Part shown: piece by piece, positions 45,482 through 52,419 of the stretch
Numbering within the stretch: position 1 is the first letter of the stretch
How the letters are laid out: every line of letters begins with the position of its first letter
Assembly (NCBI GenBank): GCA_029564175.1
Contig: JAKQQL010000474.1
Location: 14,120-78,119 of the forward strand
Direction of reading: 5' to 3'
Source of the DNA: Candidatus Cloacimonadota bacterium
Lineage (GTDB): Bacteria; Cloacimonadota; Cloacimonadia; Cloacimonadales; WRIO01
DNA length: 64,000 nucleotides
Position numbers and translations under genes: made by a program
The notes under the pieces: generated by a model
The model's input: the letters and a program-made list of their open reading frames with translations, nothing else
Database searches by the model: none
What the model was told of the DNA's origin: nothing

Positions 45482-46082
45482 GTATCTTAGAGAAAAAATA
45501 TCATTCTTATTTTTGATCATCATTTCAATATCTTTTTTATTGTTGAATGGAATGAATCATATTGAAGCTTATAATAAGTATGCTAAATCAGTTTGGAAAA
45601 ACAATTATTCCTTTATTTTAGAATCAACTTCTAAGAACATTTCAAATTACATTCAACTCAATAAAAACATTAAACCATTTAATGAAAGTCTTAAAGAAGC
45701 TTTAATATATTATGTCAAAAGTTTTTCTCTTCATGATTCATATACAAATTTCTTTTTTTATGAAACACAAGAGAATGATTTGATAAATGATTCTTTTATT
45801 GATCAATTCAAAGATAAGATTTATTATAAATTAGAAAATGATCCAAATGATATTATCAAAATGTCATCAATAGAAAATTATCTAATACTAACACAAAAAT
45901 TTATGTTATTGGAAAATAAAACTGTCTTATTGGGTATCTTAATTACACAATCAGATTTAATTGAATATTCAAATACTTATCTTTTTATTGATAGAGAAAT
46001 CAATAATATTTTCTTCTTTGGAATATTTATTATTTTGTTAATTCTCTATGATTATTATCTATATGTGAAAAATGAGGGATAA
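45474..46082 (+). CDS. Two-TM membrane protein with extracytoplasmic domain
   Basis: In-frame ATG 45474 lies 8 nt after GGTGA and overlaps the upstream gene by 8 nt. TM ISFLFLIIISISFLLLNG and C-terminal TM IFFFGIFIILLILYDYYLYV. Confidence 0.55.
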   Translation: MIKYLREKISFLFLIIISISFLLLNGMNHIEAYNKYAKSVWKNNYSFILESTSKNISNYIQLNKNIKPFNESLKEALIYYVKSFSLHDSYTNFFFYETQENDLINDSFIDQFKDKIYYKLENDPNDIIKMSSIENYLILTQKFMLLENKTVLLGILITQSDLIEYSNTYLFIDREINNIFFFGIFIILLILYDYYLYVKNEG

Positions 46083-46085
46083 TGA

Positions 46086-46415
46086 ATGGCAGATTTTAAA
46101 CTAGAATTACTTGTTCAAGTAGCATTAAATCAAGAATCAACTGTTTTATATACTGTTCCAAATGGAAAAACCTGTATTATAACAGAATGTATTTTATGTA
46201 ATACTTCACCGAATGATGTAAATATTTATCAGTCTTTCGTTAAAAGGGCTGAAGGACTTAGCACTAAAAATACAATTATTAAAGATTTAACCCTTAAACC
46301 AAATGAAACTTATCGAATGACATTTAGCACATTTCTTGCCCCATATACGACAATTAGAATGCATGCAACAGAAGAGAATGTTGTCTCTTGCCAAATATCT
46401 GGAGTTCTGATATAA
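46086..46415 (+). CDS. Small beta-rich hypothetical protein
   Basis: 109 aa. LYTVPNGKTCIITECILCNTSPNDVNIY. Tightly packed in the operon. Confidence 0.6.
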   Translation: MADFKLELLVQVALNQESTVLYTVPNGKTCIITECILCNTSPNDVNIYQSFVKRAEGLSTKNTIIKDLTLKPNETYRMTFSTFLAPYTTIRMHATEENVVSCQISGVLI

Positions 46416-46430
46416 TAGGGAAGGCATAAT

Positions 46431-46727
46431 ATGTTTAGGTCAATAAATCAAAGATTATCAAATGATACAACAAGATTACAAGAACCTATTGTTATTGATC
46501 AAAATGTTCAGGGGATTAAAAAAGGTAATGGTTTGTTTGCTGGAAATAATTTAGAAACTGTAATTGCACATGGTTTGGGATATGCCCCAAAATACGTAAA
46601 TGTAATTCCAATAAATAATCCTCAAGGGACTTTGGGCGAAATATGGACACGAATGGATCAAACAAATATTTATGTTGGGAATACTGGAACATTTACAGGT
46701 CAATTTGTTTGGATTGTAATTAAATAG
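46431..46727 (+). CDS. Small beta-rich hypothetical protein
   Basis: 98 aa. VIAHGLGYAPKYVNVIP...NIYVGNTGTFTGQFVWIVIK. SD GGGAAGG. Confidence 0.6.
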   Translation: MFRSINQRLSNDTTRLQEPIVIDQNVQGIKKGNGLFAGNNLETVIAHGLGYAPKYVNVIPINNPQGTLGEIWTRMDQTNIYVGNTGTFTGQFVWIVIK

Positions 46728-46742
46728 AAGGAGTAGGATGAA

Positions 46743-48251
46743 ATGGATTTATCCACAGTTGAAAAAATATATCAACAAGATTATAAATCAGTTCCAATTA
46801 TGAATTCGACATATATTATTACTGGTAAATGTAGTCTTGCATGTAAATATTGTTTTGAGAGAGGTATGCCTGCTTCAAAAAGAAAGGACATGTCCAGTCA
46901 AGTAGCTATTCAAGGAATGGAATTTCTTTTTGAAAATTCAAAACATATGCCAAATAATAGATCAATTTCAATTATGTTGTTCGGCGGAGAACCAACAATG
47001 AATCCACGAACAATTATTAGTCTAATAAATCATTATAAAAATAATATTAAACCAAGATATCCAAATAGAAATTTTAGCATGAATATTATCACGAATTGTT
47101 GTCAATTATCAGATGAACTTTATAATTGTTTTCTTGAGAATGCACAATTAATAAATCTTTCTTGCCAGGTGTCAATTGATGGCATGCCAGAGATTCAAGA
47201 TTTAAATAGAATACAGCCAAATGGAAAAGGTTCTTCTCATTTAATTCCAGATACATTAAATAAATGGAAACATATTTTTAAACATGATCCAAAACGATTG
47301 AATGTTCATGGGTGTTGCTCACCTGAAACCATTTCTTATTTATATGAAAATTATTGTTATTTTAAAGATGTTTATGGAATTTCCCAAATTTGGTTTTTAC
47401 CAGTTCCAGAATTGGATTGGAAACCAGAACATGTAAAGATTTATGATGAACAAATGAATAAAATTTACCATGATGTTCTCAATGACGTTAAAAAAACTGG
47501 CGATGTTAATCAAGCATTCTGTTATGCTCCTTTAGATAGATTTATGTCATGTGATTTTCCAGATAAACCTTGTGGAGCTGGAACAGATTATTGCACAATA
47601 ACACAAGATGGAGATTTATTTCCTTGCCATCAACTTTATTTTTGTGATAAAGAAAATGAGACATGCATGGGAAATATTTGGGATGGTGTTGATGATGACA
47701 AAAGAAGAATCTTTTTAGAGTATGATAGTTTTGATTTAACCTGTCCATCTTCATGTGATCATGGAGCTTGTTATAGATGTTTTGCTTCCAATTATCAAAA
47801 TCGTGGATCAATGTTATCTCAAATAAGAGGATATTATTGTTCGATGATGAAAATAGATCAGAAATATGAAAGAATGTTAAAGGAGGAACTTTTTAAAATG
47901 GGACTATTAAATGGAGAAAATATGAACCACAATCCAAATTGTCTATGTGATTCTCGTGGCGATCAAAATGTTTGCCATAAAGAATGTAATGGAGAATGCC
48001 AGGGGGAATGTGGCAATGAATATTGCCAAGATGGTTGCCACGATTGCCATTGCGGAAGTGAAGATCAACATATTAAATCTCAATGGCAAGATAAAGTTTG
48101 TAATTCTGAATTTGAAATAGATACATTTACTGATGAACAGGGTAATGAAATTACAATTAAGAGGCGAAAGAAACAAACCAATATTGATGAAGCTATTAAT
48201 ATTTTGTCTCAAGCATTCAGTGAAGTTATTAAATTACTTCAACAGAGGTAA
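46743..48251 (+). CDS. Radical SAM enzyme with SPASM/twitch-like auxiliary Fe-S domain and Cys/His-rich C-terminal tail
   Basis: 502 aa. CSLACKYC (CX3CX2C, nt 46830-46853), LFGGEPTMNP, auxiliary clusters CGAGTDYCTITQDGDLFPC and CPSSCDHGACYRC. Tail NCLCDSRGDQNVCHKECNGECQGECGNEYCQDGCHDCHCG. SD AAGGAG 9 nt upstream. Confidence 0.8.
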   Translation: MDLSTVEKIYQQDYKSVPIMNSTYIITGKCSLACKYCFERGMPASKRKDMSSQVAIQGMEFLFENSKHMPNNRSISIMLFGGEPTMNPRTIISLINHYKNNIKPRYPNRNFSMNIITNCCQLSDELYNCFLENAQLINLSCQVSIDGMPEIQDLNRIQPNGKGSSHLIPDTLNKWKHIFKHDPKRLNVHGCCSPETISYLYENYCYFKDVYGISQIWFLPVPELDWKPEHVKIYDEQMNKIYHDVLNDVKKTGDVNQAFCYAPLDRFMSCDFPDKPCGAGTDYCTITQDGDLFPCHQLYFCDKENETCMGNIWDGVDDDKRRIFLEYDSFDLTCPSSCDHGACYRCFASNYQNRGSMLSQIRGYYCSMMKIDQKYERMLKEELFKMGLLNGENMNHNPNCLCDSRGDQNVCHKECNGECQGECGNEYCQDGCHDCHCGSEDQHIKSQWQDKVCNSEFEIDTFTDEQGNEITIKRRKKQTNIDEAINILSQAFSEVIKLLQQR

Positions 48252-48258
48252 TTTTTAA

Positions 48259-49167
48259 ATGATGAAACGAGTTGAAACGTATGTTGTATATGTATCCGGC
48301 AGATGTAATTGCAATTGTCATTATTGTTATCTTAAAACTGGTGGGTTGAACCCAAAACTCGATTATGATTTTGATACAGATATTAAACCATTATTGGACA
48401 ACATCAAGAAATCTACTGAACCATTTGTAATTGAATTTCTTGGTGGTGATCCGATTGTAGATGACTTATCTGTTTTAAATTTAATCAAAACGGTTAATTA
48501 TTTTCCAACTGGTCAGCCTTTCATTATTACAACAAATGGAACAAGGTTGCCAAATGAAATACTCGAATTGTTAAAATCAAATCCAAATATTTATTGGGCG
48601 GCTTCAATGGATGGAACAAAGTGGGCTAATCAATTGAGAATTACCAAAGATGGATATAATACTTATGATTTGGTAATGGAAAATATTAAGACTCTTAAAA
48701 TGAATAATATTCCTGATAAACAAATTGGCATTCACTTAATTACACATCCTTATAATATTGCTTTTCTGGAACAAAGTATTGATCATCTTTACAAAAAAGG
48801 CATTAGAAATTTTGGAATTGGAACAGTAGAATCTACCATGAAGATAGGATATGAATATTGTTCTAGATTCATATATGAATTGAATCAAGTTTCTACCAAT
48901 ATTTGCAATGGTAAATATCCTGAAATTGGTATTGATTTATTTAATGGTATTAAACCAAGAGAAGATATCAGGCAATATATACACGATGGTAATGGAAATA
49001 TTATTGGTGAATCTTATGGAAGAAATAAAGATGATTTTACACAAACTGATACTTTTAATGTTCAAAAATGTGATAATACAAAGAGAAATTTAATTCAAGA
49101 AATTCGTGAAGAAGTCTATTGGAATCATCAAGATAATCTCAAAAAGAGGCTCTTTCATAATAAATAG
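48259..49167 (+). CDS. Radical SAM enzyme (single-domain)
   Basis: 302 aa. VYVSGRCNCNCHYCY (CX3CX2C) and FLGGDPIV (SAM-binding GGE-like motif). No SPASM-like C-terminus. Confidence 0.7.
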   Translation: MMKRVETYVVYVSGRCNCNCHYCYLKTGGLNPKLDYDFDTDIKPLLDNIKKSTEPFVIEFLGGDPIVDDLSVLNLIKTVNYFPTGQPFIITTNGTRLPNEILELLKSNPNIYWAASMDGTKWANQLRITKDGYNTYDLVMENIKTLKMNNIPDKQIGIHLITHPYNIAFLEQSIDHLYKKGIRNFGIGTVESTMKIGYEYCSRFIYELNQVSTNICNGKYPEIGIDLFNGIKPREDIRQYIHDGNGNIIGESYGRNKDDFTQTDTFNVQKCDNTKRNLIQEIREEVYWNHQDNLKKRLFHNK

Positions 49168-49178
49168 GGTGAATTTTA

Positions 49179-50432
49179 ATGGCAATTTTAATAGCAAATG
49201 AATTTTTTCTAAAACAAATTTTAGAAATGGCCAAAAGAAGAAAAGGACATACCATTTCGGATATAGATAACCAATGGGAGTCTTTGGATAAATTAAAAAA
49301 CCTAATAAATAATATGGTTCAAAATAGAATTCAAACACAAGATATCTGTCATTGCAATGTTAGAACATCTTCATGTGATTGTTTTAATAGAAGTTCAACA
49401 GTTTCAACATGTCTTTGTAATTTAAGAACAGTTGGATGTGAATGTCAGGGGCGAATTATGGTTTGCCCCTCTCATTCACCAACACCATATTCTAATACTT
49501 CTATTAGTTTAAAAGAATTGCAAGATAAGGTAAAATCATTAAGAGGTCAAACATTGAATAATTATCCATATCCCGGATGTTCTTGCCAAAATAGAACCAG
49601 CGACCCTATTTGCACTTGTCAAACTCGAACTGGAACATGTAATTGTGTTTCTCGAACACCGTCTGCAGATATATGCATTTGTAATATTTATGCGTGTGTT
49701 TGTGTTTCTAGAACAAGTGTGCCGGGGCAATGGGGAGAACAATGTTATGAATATGCTCCAAGATATAAAGATTGGCCAACCAATTTTCCATCTGGAGGAA
49801 ATCAAGGATGGGATAGTTCTTGGACTGTTAGTGGACAATATATTTATGATGTTTGTCAATGTAAGGTTCGGACTATCCATCAACATGCATGTCATTGCAA
49901 TTACAGAACTGGATTATGTCATGCTGTATCGACATGCCCATCAGACAATATTAATGTTCCAGGTAGCACTTATTGTCAGTGTAATTGTTATCAATGGCCA
50001 AGTGGGCCACATTGTGAGTGTAAGTATCGTGTAAGTGGGTGTAGAGAACAAGAAAGATGCACGTGCAATATGAGATCACCCTGTTCAAAAGATTTAAAAT
50101 TTCCAGGCACTGCAAGTCAGATCTGTTTAGTTTCCCCCTCGGCAACTTGCACAAATAGGTCGTATGATGGTGCACCATCATGCCCAAGTTTTATGCCAAC
50201 TGGAACAGGTATTGGCGGATCAGATGATGAAGCATCTTCTATGTGTAATACAGTTTCAAATAATAGTCCACGATGTGATTGCCAGTCAAGAACTCCAACA
50301 ACACCAGTTTGTAATTGCAACTTACAAAATCCATGTGATTGTGTTTCAAGAACTTATACTGATCCACATATATGCAATACGAGATGTGGATGCAATGTTG
50401 TTTCAACATATGATACCATTATTAATGATTAA
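49179..50432 (+). CDS. Cys-rich CxCxxR[TS]-repeat protein, candidate radical-SAM substrate
   Basis: 417 aa. Cys-free helical N-terminus of 56 aa, then CHCNVRT, CDCFNRS, CLCNLRT, CSCQNRT, CTCQTRT, CNCVSRT, CVCVSRT, CQCKVRT, CHCNYRT, CECKYRV, CTCNMRS, CDCQSRT, CDCVSRT and others. SD GGGTGA. Followed by a terminator. Confidence 0.75.
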   Translation: MAILIANEFFLKQILEMAKRRKGHTISDIDNQWESLDKLKNLINNMVQNRIQTQDICHCNVRTSSCDCFNRSSTVSTCLCNLRTVGCECQGRIMVCPSHSPTPYSNTSISLKELQDKVKSLRGQTLNNYPYPGCSCQNRTSDPICTCQTRTGTCNCVSRTPSADICICNIYACVCVSRTSVPGQWGEQCYEYAPRYKDWPTNFPSGGNQGWDSSWTVSGQYIYDVCQCKVRTIHQHACHCNYRTGLCHAVSTCPSDNINVPGSTYCQCNCYQWPSGPHCECKYRVSGCREQERCTCNMRSPCSKDLKFPGTASQICLVSPSATCTNRSYDGAPSCPSFMPTGTGIGGSDDEASSMCNTVSNNSPRCDCQSRTPTTPVCNCNLQNPCDCVSRTYTDPHICNTRCGCNVVSTYDTIIND

Positions 50433-50440
50433 ACAACTTA

Positions 50441-50476
50441 AATTAGGCTAGGATAATTTCTAGCCTAATTTTTTAT
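50441..50476 (+). terminator. Rho-independent terminator
   Basis: 10-bp stem AATTAGGCTA / TAGCCTAATT with a 10-nt loop, followed by TTTTATATTT. Confidence 0.75.
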
Positions 50477-50493
50477 ATTTGGTCGTGATAGTA

Positions 50494-50928
50494 ATGATTA
50501 ACAATGTTATGAAAACAATAAAAGTATCATTTCAGAAATTTTTCCAATCTTCAAATAAAATAATTCACGTTTCTGGTGATGGTTTTCTAACATTTTTAGA
50601 GAAATATAAAGGTGCTAGAAGAATTATTTTAGTTGTTGTCATTTATATCAACATGCATGCTTTTTGGGTAAGTCAAAAGTTAATACTAATGGGAATTCCA
50701 CTTGATCCAGAATGGAATTATTATCAACTTGGATGGCTTGGATTGTTAGCAACATTTTTAGCCTTTTATACGATGAGTCGTGTTAATGAATTTAAATCAA
50801 ATACCCCTTGGTCTAGACCAAATAGTTGGGGCAAAGAAAATGCAAAAACATCAGCAGAAATGTCAAAACAATTACCACCAAGTGCTGATGAATCAGAAGG
50901 CGAAGGGAATCCGCCAGAAGGAGTTTAA
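50494..50928 (+). CDS. Putative holin
   Basis: Two hydrophobic segments (IILVVVIYINMHAFWVSQKLILMGI, LGWLGLLATFLAFYTM) and a charged C-terminus. Lies immediately upstream of the endolysin. Start ambiguous (TTG 50479, ATG 50494 or 50509). Confidence 0.45.
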   Translation: MINNVMKTIKVSFQKFFQSSNKIIHVSGDGFLTFLEKYKGARRIILVVVIYINMHAFWVSQKLILMGIPLDPEWNYYQLGWLGLLATFLAFYTMSRVNEFKSNTPWSRPNSWGKENAKTSAEMSKQLPPSADESEGEGNPPEGV

Positions 50929-50930
50929 AT

Positions 50931-51497
50931 ATGTCAATTCAAAAAGTAAAGTTTTTATATGATTATGTAAAAGATATCAATGGAACTGCTAAGACGGAAG
51001 GAAAACAAATCAATGTTTATGGGTTTTGTTGCCAAATTTCATTGGAAACAGCTTATCTCGAAAAATATAGACATTTCAATTTAGCTGGTATTAAATGCAC
51101 GAAATCATGGGTTAATCGTGGTGGAGAATGTTTTAATGCGAAAACTCCAGAGGATTTTGGTAAAGGATTTGTTAATACTACTGGATGTTTTAGAAAATAT
51201 GCTGATATTGATCATTTCTTAAACGATTATTCTAGATTAATTCATTCATATTACCCTGTTTCAAGCAATAACAATGATTGTGTTTATGGTTATTTTGCCG
51301 GTCTTCATGGTAAATGGGCTACAGATAGACAGTATTTTAAAAAGCTTTGTCAAGTAGCTAAATTCTTAGGCCCTCATATTTTAGGTTCTGAATGGCAATC
51401 GAAATTAACAACTTCTTTCAACGTTGCACTTCAAAGAAATCTTCTCGAAGACTGGATGATTGAATGTGTAAAATCAAGTCTTGGAATTAAGGAATGA
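50931..51497 (+). CDS. Endolysin, N-acetylglucosaminidase (FlgJ/mannosyl-glycoprotein glucosaminidase-like)
   Basis: 188 aa. CCQISLETAYLEKYRHFNLAGIK and YADIDHFLNDYSRLI fit the glucosaminidase family pattern (A.lETg......NlfGIK ... f.s......dy..ll). Confidence 0.6.
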   Translation: MSIQKVKFLYDYVKDINGTAKTEGKQINVYGFCCQISLETAYLEKYRHFNLAGIKCTKSWVNRGGECFNAKTPEDFGKGFVNTTGCFRKYADIDHFLNDYSRLIHSYYPVSSNNNDCVYGYFAGLHGKWATDRQYFKKLCQVAKFLGPHILGSEWQSKLTTSFNVALQRNLLEDWMIECVKSSLGIKE

Positions 51498-51502
51498 TAA
51501 AA

Positions 51503-51904
51503 ATGGAAGAGGAAAAGAAACCTTGGTGGCGTGCATTTGGTGAAAAAGTAATTGGGGTTGGATTAGCAATTGGAGCCATATTTCTTTATTTCTTCATGAG
51601 TAAAAAATTTGGCAATGCTAATGATGACAAGATCAAAGAACTTGAAGATCAAATTGAAAACAGAAATAAAAAGATCAAAGAAATAGAAGAGAATGTCTGT
51701 CATTTAGAAGAAGAAGATAAACTTGATGAAAAGAAACAGTTTGAATTAGAACTCAAAAGAGAGAAATTAAATGATTTGTTATCCGATAACAAAAAAGAAA
51801 TTGAGGAATTGAAAAAGAAACCACCAGTTAAAAAAGTTGGTAGTGTAAAAGAAGCCATTAATTTTGTTGAAGATAGATATAAAAATAAGAAAGTAGGTAA
51901 ATAA
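51503..51904 (+). CDS. N-terminal-TM coiled-coil protein (i-spanin-like or lysis accessory)
   Basis: TM VIGVGLAIGAIFLYFFM followed by a charged coiled coil. ATG 51503 lies 10 nt after AAGGAA (the track starts at 51494). Confidence 0.35.
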   Translation: MEEEKKPWWRAFGEKVIGVGLAIGAIFLYFFMSKKFGNANDDKIKELEDQIENRNKKIKEIEENVCHLEEEDKLDEKKQFELELKREKLNDLLSDNKKEIEELKKKPPVKKVGSVKEAINFVEDRYKNKKVGK

Positions 51905-51907
51905 AGG

Positions 51908-52411
51908 ATGAAAAAGATTCTTTTGTCATTTGTAATAATTCTTTTATCGGTTAATATTTGTTTCGCTTATGATTATCAAAATGGAAATGTCATTATTCCT
52001 GAAAACGATTTTATTCAAATGGCCAATGAACTAAAAGAAAAAGATATTCTTGAACAAGAAGTCTTATTGTTGAAAGAAAGAATTGATCTTTTAGAATCAA
52101 AAGATGTATTGTCAGAAGAACAAATTACTGTTATGAAAGAAAGAATTACTGTTAAAGATAGTATGATTACACTCTATAAAGAAAAAGATGAACTTCGTAA
52201 ACAAAATGAAGAGGACTATAAAGAAATAATCAAAGAAGAGGAACGTAAGATTAATCAACAAATTCGAAGAACTACAAGAGTAAAGACTATTTCAACAGTG
52301 GCTATCTTAACAGCTGGTGCATTGGCTTATAGTAATTCGGATGATTCAGGTGCACAAGCTGCAGCCGTTGTTGGAGCTGGACTATTAACATATATGATTA
52401 ACAATCAGTAG
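51908..52411 (+). CDS. Secreted/membrane coiled-coil protein (lysis accessory?)
   Basis: Signal-like MKKILLSFVIILLSVNICFA, a central coiled coil, and a C-terminal hydrophobic segment ISTVAILTAGALAY...AAAVVGAGLLTYMI. Confidence 0.35.
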   Translation: MKKILLSFVIILLSVNICFAYDYQNGNVIIPENDFIQMANELKEKDILEQEVLLLKERIDLLESKDVLSEEQITVMKERITVKDSMITLYKEKDELRKQNEEDYKEIIKEEERKINQQIRRTTRVKTISTVAILTAGALAYSNSDDSGAQAAAVVGAGLLTYMINNQ

Positions 52412-52419
52412 GTGAAATT

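Noticed and set aside
49539-50451. Overlapping ORFs on both strands within the Cys-repeat gene (49539-49895, 49645-50034, 49951-50187, 50117-50320, 50164-50451).
   Set aside because: They lack SD sequences and motifs. The 49179-50432 frame has an SD, operon context and the conserved repeat.
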